In this document: positions 39,331 to 53,727 of the stretch, in pieces | Layout of the letters: each line of letters begins with the position of its first letter | How positions within the stretch are numbered: the stretch's first letter is position 1 | NCBI RefSeq assembly: GCF_006345805.1 | Contig: NC_043000.1 | Coordinates: 159,340,001 to 159,404,000 of the forward strand | Reading direction: 5' to 3' | DNA length: 64,000 nucleotides | DNA from: Octopus sinensis | Taxonomy: Eukaryota | Notes under the pieces: generated by a model | Databases searched by the model: none | What the model saw: only the letters and a program-made list of their open reading frames with translations | Told to the model about the DNA's origin: nothing | Translations under genes and position numbers: made by a program

Positions 39331-39977
39331 TCATTCAGTTTTATTATAAAGTTTATAAAAAAAGAATATTTTTTATAGCATACTGATTTTATAACAGCAG
39401 ATTTTCGATTGCGAGACACCTCATCTGTTTGTACATCTACATGCAGAAACTTACTGTCCCTTGACGTCCCTGGTTGAGTTTTAGTTATAAACTGAGCTTA
39501 AGTTTATACCCAACTAGACTCATATTCTTGTTTCTTTCTCGTAAGGATAAATATGAATATCCGAAAGTCTTTCTCTTCTATTTCCTTTATCAAGTTCATT
39601 GTAATAATTTTCTGTTTATACTTCTTGCACTGAGAACAGTGATATATAATTATTTTAATTTAATTTAATTAATTTAATTATTTCTGTTCAACCATGAATT
39701 TCCATGATTCTAATATCGCTGTACCAAACGATAAAAATTATCTTCAGGTTAACATCTTCTCTTCTCCATTTTAAACAGGTTTGTTGAGCTTTATGGGATT
39801 AATTTCCATAAATTTACATAACACACAAAATACAAGTATTATCTTCATATTCGCAAACTTACTCCAGTAAGATACCAGCAAACCAAGAATCTATATTAGA
39901 AATCGTTTTTGGAATCCTCCAAATTAAAGGACGAAATATGATACAACCTTTTCACATGTATTTGTACATATACATAT

Positions 39978-40038
<61 letters not shown>

Positions 40039-40059
40039 TATACATATATATACATAAAT

Positions 40060-40420
40060 ATACTCTCCCTTTTACTTGTTTCAGTCATTTGATTGTGGCC
40101 ATGCTGGAGCACCGCCTTTAGTCGAGCAAATCGACCCCAGGACTAATTTTTTGAAAGTTTAATACTTATTCTATCGGTATCTTTTGCCGAACGGCTAAGT
40201 TACGGGGATATAAACACACCAGCATCGGTTGTCAAGCGATGTTGGGAGGGACAAACACACACACATATATATACGACTGGCTTCTTTCAGTATCCGTCTA
40301 CCAAATCCACTCACAAGGCTATAGTTGGCCCGAGGCTATAGTAGAAGACACTTGCCCAAGGTGTCACGCAGTGGGACTGAACCCGGAATCATGTGGTTCG
40401 TAAGCAAGCTACTTACCACA
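40060..40420 (-). mobile_element. SINE family C (CORE-like), near full length
   Basis: tRNA-like head (GGTAAGTAGCTTGC..GGTTCAGTCCC), CORE-like GACACCTTGGGCAAGTGTC, internal TA/CA tract, and tail GGCGGTGCTCCAGCATGGCCACAATCAAATGACTGAAACAAGTAAAAG. Confidence 0.9.
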
Positions 40421-40422
40421 CG

Positions 40423-40454
<32 letters not shown>

Positions 40455-41368
40455 AATATACATATAAATACATATATATACATATATATATACATATATA
40501 CATACACACACATATATATATATACACACATATACATACATATATATATATATACACATATCCATACATACATACATATACACATATACATACATACATA
40601 TATACATACATACATATACACATATACATACATATATTTATATACACATATACATACATACATATATTTATATACACACATACATACATACATATATATA
40701 TACACATATACATACATATATATATATACGCATACACATACATATATATATATACACGTACATATATATATACACACATACACATACATATATATATATA
40801 CACATACATATATATATACACATATACATACATACATATATATACACATATACATACATATATATATACACATATACATATATATATATACACATATACA
40901 TATATATATATACACATATACATACATATACATACACATATATACACATATACATACATATACATATATATACATACACATATATACACATATACATACA
41001 TATACATATATATATACATACATATACATACACATATACATACATATATATATACACATATACATACATATATATATATACACATATACATACATATATA
41101 TATATACACATATACATACATATACATATATATATATACATACATATATATATATACATACATATATAAATATACAAATATACATACATGCATATACATA
41201 CATATATATACATACATATACATATACATACATTACATATACATACATACATATGTATATATACATACATATATATATATATACATATATACATACATAC
41301 ATATATACATACATACATATGTATATATACATACATATGTATATATATATATACACACACACACACAC
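40420..41368. repeat. ~950-bp compound (TA)/(CA) microsatellite
   Basis: Read directly. It generates the spurious 240-360 aa YI/VC ORFs in the track. Confidence 0.95.
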
Positions 41369-42155
41369 TGGCAGCTGAGCCCGGTTTCACCTGGTCGGTT
41401 TGGATGATGTGGCTGTAAAACCTGTTCCCAGTAAGAATTCGAATTATTTGCGCACGCTTACGTTAAAAAATGTTGGAATTACTCTTTTCTCTCAAAACGC
41501 TAAAAATAACTAACAAAAAAAAGCAAGATTCAACCAAATGAAAAAACCCAAAATACTAAGCAAACAACGATGAACTATCCCACTTCCATTGCTTGCGCAC
41601 ACGCACACACACACAAACATACACATACACACACATTCACATACTCCCCTTTTACATACACACACATATTCCCACAATGTTGAAACGCTGTTTGATTTAT
41701 TTTTTTCAGCGTACACTACCAAGTATGACACCACCCCTTCCTTCTTTATTCATTTATTACCCCTTCCTTTCTCATTCATAAACACAAGAGTATCATTATA
41801 ATGGATTTTCATGGGAGTTATGAAAAAATACAAAGCCCAGCATCACCACTGAATCATTTTACACAGGAGTAATGTTTCGTGCAGTTCCACTCAGCCGTTT
41901 GACCACGAATCGCAAGACAAGAAAGAATTGCTCATTTTAAATTTATATGTATAGATATACATACATGAATATATATGTATACATATATCTACACACACAC
42001 ACACACACATATATATATATCTTTACATATACATACATATATATACATATATATATGTGTGTATATATACATGTGTATGTGTATATATGTGTATGAATAT
42101 ATGTGTGCATGTATATATGTATATATATGTATATATCTATGTATATATGTTTCTG

Positions 42156-42222
<67 letters not shown>

Positions 42223-42223
42223 A

Positions 42224-42610
42224 CTAGCAGTATCGCCCGGCGTTGCTCGGGTTTGTAAGGGAAATAACTATAAAGCATTTTTAGGGAGTTATAGCCAAAA
42301 AATAGAAAAAACTGGAAAAAAAATTATGGTAAATTTTTTTGAGAGTTAAAAAGGTCGAGTTGCGTCCCCATGACAGTCTGTGGTTTGTGTTTCTGATTCT
42401 CGACCCCATGTCGAATTTATCGATTTTTTTCAGAACTGGGGGAACTTTTCAAAATTTTCGCTGCGTTAGTTTTGAATTATGACATTGGGCTATGTGTGTG
42501 TCAAGTTTCATCAGAATCGGTTGAAAGCCGTGGTCAGGGTGAGGGTACGAGAAAACAGACACACAGAAACACACACAGACAAACTGCCGTTTATATATAG
42601 AGAGAAGAGA
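42224..42610 (-). mobile_element. Non-autonomous Helitron
   Basis: Its 3' terminal ~65 bp are almost identical to the 7457 copy, but the internal sequence differs. Confidence 0.78.
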
Positions 42611-42619
42611 TACTATTAC

Positions 42620-42890
42620 CGTAAACCGACCAAAGCCTTCTGAGTAGATTTTTTACACGGAGACTGAAAGAGGGCTGTTGTATATATGTGTGTATTTGTT
42701 TGTGTGTGTCTGTGTTTGTACCCATCATCGTTTGACAACCGATGTTGCTGCTTTGATGTGCCTGTAACTTAGCGGTTTGGCAAAAGAAACCGATAGAATA
42801 AGTACTAAGCTTACAAAGAATAAATCATGGGATTTATTTTGTCAGACGAAAAGCGTTGCTCCAGCGTGACTGAAACAAGAAAAACAATAA
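42620..42890 (+). mobile_element. SINE family C, 5'-truncated
   Basis: GACCAAAGCCTT..ACTGAAAGA..(TG)n..CGATAGAATAAGTACT..CTGAAACAAG. Confidence 0.75.
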
Positions 42891-45437
42891 AACAATACAT
42901 ATATATATATACACACAAACACACACATATATATATATATATATATTTATACATATACATATATACATTTATATATATATATTTATACATATACATATAT
43001 ACATTTATACATATACATACATACATTTATACATATATATACATTCATACACACACACATATATATATATATACATACATAGTATATACATACTTATACA
43101 TATATATATACATATATATACATACACACACGCACATATATATGTATGTATGTATATACACACACGCGTGTGTGCGTGTATATACTTTCAGAGAAAATAC
43201 ATACACAAATACAGACATACATGCGTACACATAATATAAGAGGGGGAGAGAGGGTGTGAACTATCATCATATTGCTGGAAATTCGAAGAGGAACCTTTCA
43301 CCTTTATTCTAAAGTTTCCAAACACCACATCATTCTAAATCATCCACACAACACACACCTCTTATCCGTGCCCCTTTCCCCGACCCTACTAAAAAAAACC
43401 GCATCCTACTCGCCTTGTATCGTTAAGTTTGTCGCCTACATTCTCAGATATATATTAACAGCAACATGGCTGTGGGTGGGTGGGGGGGGCGATGGTGTGG
43501 CGCTTAAAGAGGTATTTCCTGTATCTAAAAAGAGAACCGTGTATAAAATAGAGCAACAATGACAACAACAAGCAGAAAAGTAATAATAAAACATATATTC
43601 ATAGCTAATACATGCTGAGAAATGTACCAATATTATAGCACCATTTAAAAGCTACCTACCGTCATCATACCCTGGGAGTAGAGAATACAAAGATGTTTGA
43701 GGTGGAGATGGCTTCATTCCCATCATAATTTTTCTCTGTGTGCTCATGAGTGTATGTTTGGGCCCGTGTGTATTTGTAATATCTGAGTGCACAGAGCGTT
43801 CACACACACACACACACACATGTATATATGTACGTATTTGTGTAAGGATGTATAAGTGAGTACCTATGTGCCAGTGTTTCGAGTGTATTTAAGTGGAAGC
43901 GTTTGCACTTAGGTTTGTATGCTTGCACTTACATGAATGTATCTGAACCTCGAATAGAATATTTGTACTCGAGGGTATTCGAATGCTGTGTATGTGTCGA
44001 TACTCGTGTGTGTGTGTGTGTGTGTGTGTGTGGTGGGGCGTGTACATGTATGTGTGGATACGACACCAGTTCTCCCAGCCCCGTTGTTATTGAGGGTTGG
44101 TGCATAATTCAAGCAAGGTATTGATAAATTTACACCTGGAAAGTTCGACAGTTGATTGTAGCTAATATGTTCTATTTACATACACTCAACAAGTATTCGA
44201 ATTAGTCAAGTTTGAGCCTTCTAAACCAGCATATACAATCCAATGTAATTGTACCTGAGCGATAGAGCAGACTCCTTTACGATGTACAATTTGGAAGTCC
44301 CTGAAACTTTAGGTCGTATTTTTCAATATCAGCTCAGAATGACCACTCAAAATATAATGGGTTATATAACAGTTCTAAGTAGTTTTGTTTGCATAATATT
44401 TCAGTCTACTATTTTCGTTTATTTATTTATTTTGCAAATTTCTATCAGATGTTACGAAAAATTTTGTGATTTGACATTTCTAAATCAGCAGTATAATATC
44501 TAACTTGTTGGAGAAGATGGGTTTTAATAGTGATGATATTTATGATGTCTCTGAATAAGTTGTACTGATTATGAACTTCGGGATCAGCTCTAGAAGTTCT
44601 TTCCGTCATCTATGAGTGGCGTGCATATCACATATTTGTATGTTAGCCACTGAAAATACGGACTTACGGTAAGAGACTGATCAAACACTTCTATCAGAAC
44701 ATATGACAAAAAGAATATTTATGGACAATTGCTCATTATCTATTCATAATATAAATTTACATCTGTACATATAAGTAATTAGTGCATTTGGTTTTATCAC
44801 AATATTTTGTTCATGTATTTATCGTATGTAAGCAATAAGTTTAGATATTCCAAATATTTGTATTATTTTATGCCTTTACTGCTTTCAGGCGTTGGTCTAT
44901 AGCTAGGTGTAGGCATCGAATTTAAAGGATTTTAGTTGGCTATATTGGCCGCAGTAACTTTTTCAGTCTGCATATAGTCTATAGATTGCGTCACTTCTTC
45001 ATATAAAGGACCGAATTATGAATTATCGTTTTATGCATATATATGTATTGATGCACATTGTTACATACATACATATATACAGACATACGTACATATATGG
45101 ATGCATGCATACATGATAGACTTGGATTTAGAGTGAAAATGATGGCGTAACTCGATGCAGAACAAATACCCCAATGAACAATATTCGTAAAGTACCGTTT
45201 TCCTCTTCTCGCTGTGATCCAGATAGTTTTGATGATATACATCTAAACATATGGGGCAGACTTCAGCACAGTTTCTATTTATGAAATACCGCAAGCAAAA
45301 TTTATGTCATGTCCAATTAAATAAAAGATAGATTCATACGGTACCGCACACTGGTATCGAACCGGACACCATGTTTTCTTAGTAACGTCATTCCTAACAG
45401 CACAATCATCTCTGCACTAACACAGATGTATTCATAT

Positions 45438-45496
<59 letters not shown>

Positions 45497-46384
45497 CACA
45501 TAATACAAGTACGAATATACGTACTGGCACTCACAGATACACACAGATGGATACGTATATGCGTACACACACACACACAAACACACAAGTGCATACACAC
45601 TCACACACATAAATGCGGATTATTTTCAAACCTACCCCGTCTATTTATGTAGACATCGTTTCCATTCCAATTACTCTTAAATGCTGCCTCTCCAGCAATC
45701 ACTATATTAAATGACGCAATGAACTTTCAAACGCTCCACCACCAACATCATCATCATTAGCACAGCTACTGCTGACAACAACATCAACCCAAATAGTATC
45801 AGTACATCATCATATTCTTTCCTTTATCTTTCTTTTTGCCTCTTCCGATCGCGCTCTGCAACCTATGTGCCGGTTTAAAAATAATTCTAGCGTGTAAAAT
45901 AAACAAGAACGAAAGTCATAAGATAATCACGTGTAATAAGATAATAGCGTGTAATAACAGTAACGAGATCAACGTTAATAGCGGCAGCAAGCACAACAAC
46001 TACAACTACAACAGAAACGAAACAGAATGCAAATTAATACGCGAAAGCAGATACTAAAATGTTGTTAAGGAAAACCACATGAAAATAAAAGCAAGATAGG
46101 AACAGACACAATTGAAACAACAAAAGCAAGAACCAAGGCAGTAATAGGAGCAACATTAAAACAATAAAGACAATAACCTTAATCACATTAGCGATGATAT
46201 CAACAGCTGTAATCTCATGAAAACAGCAGCAATAACTATAACATAATTATCTGAACAATAACAATTGTCACACACAATGCGAAGGAGGAACAATAAGGAA
46301 GGTGATAGAATAACCACCGCAGTGGTAACAGTAAGGATATACTGACAACAGTAATAACAAGAACAATAATATATTTTATGATGT

Positions 46385-46577
46385 AGGCACAAGGCTTTCA
46401 ATTTTGTGGGAAGGGGGTCCAGTCGATTTACATTGACCCCTGGGTTCAACTGGTACTTATTCAACTGATCCCGAGAGGCTGAAAGGCAAGGTCAATCTCC
46501 ACGGAATTTGACCCCCAGAACGTAAAGTCGGCAGAAATGCAGCGAATCATTTTGTCTGGCGTGCTAACGATTCTGCC
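46385..46577 (-). mobile_element. SINE family M with alternative tail
   Basis: Head, core and a GCCTTGTGCCTAC-type tail. Confidence 0.8.
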
Positions 46578-47695
46578 TTAGGATAAGCTGCCGTAATGGT
46601 ATTCCTAGCATGGATATATTCCCATGGCTCTCTGTGGTGTACCTAGAAGTAATTATTCTTTCTTCAGAGAAGAACACGCTGCACTAGCATGTAAGAGCCC
46701 ACGAACGACGGTGCCGTTGAAGAGATTGGCACACAGGGCACTTTCTCAGCTCTATTTTCAGTACATCTTTAATTGAGACAGGCGTCTTTCAATCTGCTCT
46801 AGTAATATCAAGGAAAAGAAAGTGAATGATATAAAATCTCAACGATCACATTTAATAAAATGTTGCCAATGCCATCGATCCCATGAGGCGGTGTTGACAA
46901 TTCTAATAAAGTGCTGAGTATTCATGATTCTATAACCTTGTTTGACAACTATCTTTGTTTCTTAGTTTTGCGTTGATGAATGTGCGTGAGCGTGTGTGTA
47001 TGTGTGTGACCCCACGCGCTCATCTGTACATTTCAGTTCACAATCATTGCAGTATATATAAGTAAGCCCAAGTTACCATACATGCCGGCATATAAGACAG
47101 TTGCCGAAGATGCCACGCAATGGTACCGAACCAGGGACCATGTGGTTGCGAAGCAAACTTCTTAGATATTCGACCATACTATACACTTGACCAGGCTATC
47201 GCATACTCTTACACATCGCTGGTCACAGTGCGTTTCAATTCTTCCCTTGATTGCGTTTTTCTTTGGGGGGGGGGCATTTGGGCCCAAAGTTTGACTATGT
47301 CGACTTGGCATCGTCTTGAGATCATCCGGTTAGTTTCCTATTTCTTGGATGCCGCTTGACAACTGCACGGGTTAAACTGTTGTCTTTGAAGCTTCTGATT
47401 CACAGCGGCACTTGTGATTCGCTATTCTGCGATCACATCGTTTACTCCATTTACTTTTCAAATTACCTCCCTTAGGATAAGCTGCCGTAATGATATTCCT
47501 AGCATGGATATATTCCCATGGCTCTCTGTGCTATAGCTAGAAGTAATTATTCTTTCTTCAGAGAAGAACACGTTGCACTAGCATGTAAGAGCCCACGAAC
47601 GATGGTGCTGTAGAAGAGATTGGCACACAGGGCACTTTCTCAGCTCTATTTTCAGTACATCTTTAATTGAGACAGACGCCATCCAATCTGCTCTA
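46576..47695. repeat. 226-bp direct duplication (46576-46801 and 47470-47695)
   Basis: About 12 mismatches in 226 bp by manual alignment. Confidence 0.92.
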
Positions 47696-48481
47696 ACTCG
47701 ACAAGATTTCAATATTCACGCTTCAGCCCATACCCATTGTCTGTCCTAAGCAAATACACTCCTTCACCTGCGCAATTTCATCGCCACCTCCCTTTATTCG
47801 GTCTTGTGCTTATGCTCTCGGACCGCTATTGTATATACATACATAAATTACACAACTGCGCGCGCACAATCCAACATCTGCAATAATCAAAAATACAAGC
47901 CACGCGTGTGCGTACAACACACGTATTCCCGAAGATATTTACACATCCATTCGTAAAATACCTCTGCTCACCAACATGAGAAAATATAATAAACTATTTC
48001 AGCAGGAGGAAAGAAAAATGAAAACAAATACCTCATTTCTCACACTAGACATCAATAATAGGCATAAGATCTCAGCTTAACTTCACCACCTCTATTACAG
48101 AGAAACAACATTACTACTGATAAACCATGCTACAAAGCACCCTATCCGATCCCTCTGTTTTGCTAGAAAAGTAATAGCTGCTCACAAACGCCACCCAGGC
48201 CCCACACACTTCCACACGCAGCCATACACCTAACATTCACACAGCTTTTAAGAACCATGGTGACATCCATTTATTTTAACAACTGAATCCACCCGGAGAT
48301 TGTTAGTGGTGGGGCAGTTTCTGAATCAGCGCCGCTTCACTCTCACACTACCAATCTCATATCTATTTCGTTAGCAAAATATTTACGTTTCGCGAGTAAA
48401 TTGGTAAGGATTGGTGAAACAATGATGACGGTAGTATATGAATTTATGCAATTGATAATGATGAGAATGAACAACATCAAA

Positions 48482-48513
<32 letters not shown>

Positions 48514-48514
48514 T

Positions 48515-49088
48515 TTCAAATTTTGGCACAAGCCCAGGAAGTTCGATGGAGCGGGTAAGTCGATTACATCGACCCCAGCGCTCAAGTGGTACTCTTTCTA
48601 TCGACCGCGAAAGGATGAATAATGAAGTCAATCTCGACGGAATTTCAACTTAGAACGTAAAGAGACGAATGAAATACCTATTTCTTTACTACCCACAAGG
48701 GGCTACACACAGAGAAGACAAACAAGGACAGACAAAGGGAATAAGTCGATTACATCGACCATAGTGCGTAACCGGTACGTAATATATCGACCCCGAAAGG
48801 ATGAAAGGCAAAGTCGACCATGGCAGAATTAGAACTCAGGACGTAAAAACAGGTGAAATACCTATTTCTTTATTACCCACAAGGGGCTAAACAGAGGGGA
48901 CAAACAAGGACAGACATAGGTATTAAGTCAATTACATCGACCCCAGTGCGTAACTGGTACTTAATTTATCGACCCCGAAAGGATGAAAGGCAAAGTCGAC
49001 CTCAGCGGAATTTGAACTCAGAACGTAACGGCAGACGAAATACGGCTACGCATTTCGCCCGGCTTTCTAACGTTTCTGCCAGCTCGCA
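48515..49088 (-). mobile_element. SINE family M trimer (two tail-A units plus an older unit with a TTA tail)
   Basis: The junction GAAATACCTATTTC occurs at 48671-48684 and 48855-48868. Confidence 0.9.
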
Positions 49089-49090
49089 AA

Positions 49091-49125
<35 letters not shown>

Positions 49126-50036
49126 CATTGCTAAAGAAGTTAGAGCCGTTAGTATTCTGAGTTCAAATAACACTGAAGTGAACTTGCGTTTCATCCTTTC
49201 GAGGTTGATAAAATAATGTAACAGTCAAGTATTACAAAAATCGGCTCATGTGGAGTGTAATGTTTCGCCTGAAGGCGTTATCATCCATGCAGCTTGGGAA
49301 AGTAAGCGAAACTGACGTATACACGAATTAGTTGGATGTATATGTATTTGAGAACAGATTGACTCAGTTGTACACTAAAGTTGCATAGGCGTCGAACACG
49401 TTTACACCATCCGCTGTCCCGGTAATTTATAATCTAGCGTCTCCTTTAATTGAGGTGTAACTATTTCAGAAGTCCTATAAACGGACTTCTAAATTTCTCT
49501 TGACCCGCCAGGCAAGTTTTCTGGGAACAATTACCGTGTGTGTGTGTGTGTTGGGTATATTTCTAGAGGACTGCCACCACGCTATGAACTAATCGTTACC
49601 AACTCTTTGCTATACATATTTGTTCATTCATTCGAGTCATATTCAAAGGCAGACACACTTTTCCACTCTTGGAAATGCTTAAAACTAAGTCTGCCGCCAC
49701 ACGCTTACCTCCTTAGGTTCATTTTAAAACATAAATGCGAAGAGCATGTTAAGAAATAACTTACCTTCGCTGCGGAGGATATAGTTTCCCAGCATGAAAG
49801 GGGCAAAGTAAATATGTGCCCTTTACGGTTGTCAAGGGGTGCGGTCCAGGAGTTAGGAGGTTAGTGCGTGGCGTTAGATTAGGTTTTAAACATTTGCACT
49901 TTCATATTATTGCAGAGTTAGTGAGAGTGTTTCTACCTATATAAATGTTACAATTGAGAAAGTATGTTTCTCATAAGCAAACAGAGGCGTGTTGTGAAAA
50001 GTGGGTAACGAAAAAGATATTAAAAACGTGATGACA

Positions 50037-50067
<31 letters not shown>

Positions 50068-50664
50068 TATATTACGAATTTGTGGTGTAAATTTGTATAG
50101 AATAATATATCCGTTGAATAAAGTTAAAACATGGTCTGGTTTTCACATTTTGTATTATCATATTAGAAAATTTTTTTACAGTGTCGAAGTTTATTAAACA
50201 TGAAAAAGATATTTTGTAATGTTCATAAAGTTCAATTAGTGCTTTCATAACTTCGTAGTAATCATCAGATTTCAAAGTGCATTTAACTGAGAGTTGAGAG
50301 CTTGACAACTGTAGTAAAATGACTGACATCTTCCTTTCTATACCTCTTAGAAGGCTCCAACAAGCTGAATTTTTTGAATACGGTTTTGACCAATCCGCAT
50401 GCAGCTTAAACGCCACGGTTTTCCGGATGTGTCGATATTACGGGCATAGATCCCGCCTTTATTTTAGCTAATTAGATTGCGGTTTTATGAATGAGCAAAC
50501 TTAGTTGGTTTCAATCGTTTTAATTTCAATTTGTGTGAGTCTTCTGTAATGTGTTTCTGTTCATACGTTAAAGATATTTTTCAATCCACATCATGAACTG
50601 GTTGTTATGTTATTGCTGTTATTTCCGTTCAGACCATGCTTTAAATTTATTCAACTGATACATA

Positions 50665-50706
<42 letters not shown>

Positions 50707-50875
50707 CATATATATATATATACATACATACATATATATATATACATACATACACACACAATTATGCTTTAAATTCTATTCACTGTTTGCATCGTGCGTG
50801 TGTATATATGTATTTTCTCTCTCTCTATACACACACGCATATACGCATAAGTATATTTAAATATAATCGATTATA

Positions 50876-51096
50876 TAAGAGGGGCTGCTGAAAATTTCTT
50901 GTCTTTAAGGGAGTCGTGAAAGGCCTGGTTAGAGGCCCAACATTTCGAGTTCTTTTAGAGGGCTTAGAAAAACTGAAGGACTGCTGCAATAAGTCTGTGA
51001 ATCTGAGAGGGAAATATGTTGAATAAAATCATAATTAACTGATTCCCTTGTATTTTCTTTTACCCAAAGCGAGGAATTTTTCAGCACCCCCTTGTA
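50876..51096 (+). mobile_element. Mariner-derived MITE
   Basis: TIRs of the form TACAAGGGGGTGCTGAAAAATTCC. The interior retains the transposase C-terminus LEKLKDCCNKSVNLRGKYVE*. Confidence 0.8.
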
Positions 51097-52049
51097 TACA
51101 AATATCATTTAGGTGCATGGATACACACGCACACACACACACAGGCGCATTTCTACCTAATTCATTGATATTTGTTGTCAAATCCTGCCAAATCTGCAAC
51201 AAGTAAAGTAAAAAATCATCCACCCGTAATTAAGTTAGCGGTGAGATAAGCTCCTGCTATTGTGCTTTAGAAATGGATGACGAATTTCCACGCAATACGA
51301 AATGTGTGTAAAGAATGAGGAATGAAAAACTGCGAAACAATTTACTGTTCGAATATTACTCGAGAAGTATTTCGTAAACTATGCTTATAACAATGTACGA
51401 ATGAGCTTAAATGTAAATTAAACAAAATGTCTCGAGTATAAATAGCGGACGCAGCTCATTAGATTGACGTATCCGGTAACTCCCGGGAAAACGAGGCTTA
51501 TCCCTTGGTTCCGTTCTCATAATTGTTTCACCAATCCAATAACAATACAAAGTATGTAGCCCTTAAAACGGTTTGTCTGCATTTACAGAAAATAGCGAAC
51601 TATCTTACAGAGGATCGTATTTTTAGCAATTCCCAATAAGTTATGAATACCCAAATTCTGAATTCAGTTATGTAATAACATGAAATTAGTTACTCGGTAG
51701 TAAGAATTCAAATAAAGTAGCCTCGAATAGGGCTTTAATGTATTTCCAGAGTATATAGAACATAGGAGGATTTACTAATAAATAATAGTACGTATACTAA
51801 AATCGTGAAGAATGTTACGTAATAACAGGTTAATCTGATATAAGATAATAACAATTCAAAGTAAATAACTTTGAAAAGGACTTTTGTGCATTTCAAGTCA
51901 CTAACCGAAATAAGTGGATCTATTGTTTAGGAAAATAATTTACTTGTTTAAGGGTTGTACTGGATAAATTGTGAAAATAACTCTAACAATTCAAATACTA
52001 AGAAATAAGCATACTCAATTTCCTTTTTACTAAATAATTTACGAACATG

Positions 52050-52330
52050 ACTGGGTTATTTCCCTTAGCTACATATTAGGATCCCTTCCAGGGGCGAATG
52101 GGTTATTTCCCTTGGTTTTTAAAATAAAATATATTATATATCTAAGGATCCCTTCCAGGGGCGCTATTATCGATTTTTTTTTCAACAATCCGAGTATGTC
52201 ATGAGGTTTTGAGAGATGAATTCTACTCACGGGTCAAGTTTCATCAAAATCGATAAAACGATGTAGGAGGAGTTAGCTAACAACTCCACAAACACACCCA
52301 CAGACAGAATTTCCGACATATGTAGTAGAT
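52050..52330 (-). mobile_element. Helitron-like fragment with an internal duplication
   Basis: It contains AAGTTTCATCAAAATCG..GTAGGAGGAGTTAG..CACAGACAGA..TAGAT, as in the other Helitron-like copies. TGGGTTATTTCCCTT..GGATCCCTTCCAGGGGCG is duplicated. Confidence 0.5.
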
Positions 52331-53633
52331 AACTAAAGGCGGATTCACTTATAGAAACTTTTATCGGGGATGAAACCCCTAAGATCTACGCACAATACTG
52401 TATCTCATGAAAGCATTGACTAATTCTATATTCTTTCTACATAATTATTTTACCCTGTATATTATATATTTGTAGTTGAAAAGATTGTAATATAGAGTTA
52501 ATTTATTCGAACCATTGACGTATCGAAGTGCAGTAAAATAATACGAACGATAAACCATTGAGCTTCAAAATCGTCACCCACTTCAACTTATCTGCACGAA
52601 GTTTCCATGAGATAAAGAAATCAACTATACAAAAAGCTTATCTTACGCATTTAATAAAGTTCGAATAAAAATACCATTACTGTTTTACGATAAAAGTTTC
52701 GATAATTTTCACTTATCCAAAGAAATTCTATATAAATTATTGATAACACATACCTTGGCGGAAAAGAATGAAAACCATCCAGAGAGGACAGAAAATTTGC
52801 CTTAGAAATTACTTTACATGAGCCTTTAAGATGTATGAATAGTATACTCAAGGAAGTGGGTATTTCAAGTTCTATGCTACTTAGGTAAATGAATGATAAG
52901 GGGCTGATAGATAAATAAGGAATATAATTCAGTAAAGGAGATTATTCGACACAAAGGGGCGATGATGTGGCTAAATATCTAATGTATTCAAAAATACTAA
53001 AAGCAAGCAATTTCTTTTAGGTGTGATGATGTCTGCTGTCTGGCTGAGAACAATTAAAATCGTTATTAGTCCTAATTAGGTACAATGATAAATTAGTTTG
53101 GTATGAACTTGGTTGAATCAATATCAGGATATAACAGGAGTATATTTTATTGAGCTTGGATCAATGAAAATTAATGCAATGATAATCATCTGTAGATTCA
53201 TCTCTGTTTAGTAAAATGTTTTCTTTCTCACTACCATCTCCGATATCGGTAATCAGTTAAAACTAATAAAATTATTTGTTTCAAAATAAAGATTTCTTAA
53301 AAATTATTTAAGACATGACTTTGTGTGACCTTTATGCATTTTCTCAAATCATATTATCTTCGAGTGTGATCTGATGGAATCCCAGTTACTGATAATCGCG
53401 TATCAAGTTAAGTGTTTTACAAATATGTAAAGATTTAAAATAAAAATAAGAACAGTGCACAATATTTCAAGCATGTATTTGAAATTACATACATCAATTT
53501 CAAATTACCAGAAGGAACAGGTACAGTATATAGATTTCAGTAGATGCAGTATGCATCTCTGTCACTGTCATACAATTAAGGTGTGTCTAAAACGTCATCA
53601 TGGATTTTCATATGTGACGACTATATTTTGCAG

Positions 53634-53727
53634 ATGGTCAAGCAAACTATGTTGCTCCGCACTCATTGAACAGCGATCATATGACCCTTGTTCGTATTCG
53701 TGTTCAAGGGTCTGCACGGTGTATGAA
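53634..53727 (+). CDS. Candidate internal exon of an unidentified gene (94 nt)
   Basis: Acceptor ATATTTTGCAG|, donor GAA|GTAAGA, and open frame (D)GQANYVAPHSLNSDHMTLVRIRVQGSARCM. No homology was recognised, so this could be chance. Confidence 0.25.

Noticed and set aside
40325-41407. Long ORFs (up to 360 aa) rich in Y/I/H/T or V/C/M, here and at 10.5-12.6 kb, 30.4 kb and 42-43 kb
   Set aside because: These are translations of (TA)/(CA) microsatellites, which lack stop codons in some frames.
49255-49295. Additional hammerhead-like motifs here (minus strand) and at ~12680 and ~18225
   Set aside because: The core nucleotides deviate at several positions and helix I pairing is absent.
51437-51480. 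TATAAAT box with a nearby TGACGT motif
   Set aside because: The spacing to an initiator is non-canonical, and such motifs are expected by chance in AT-rich DNA.
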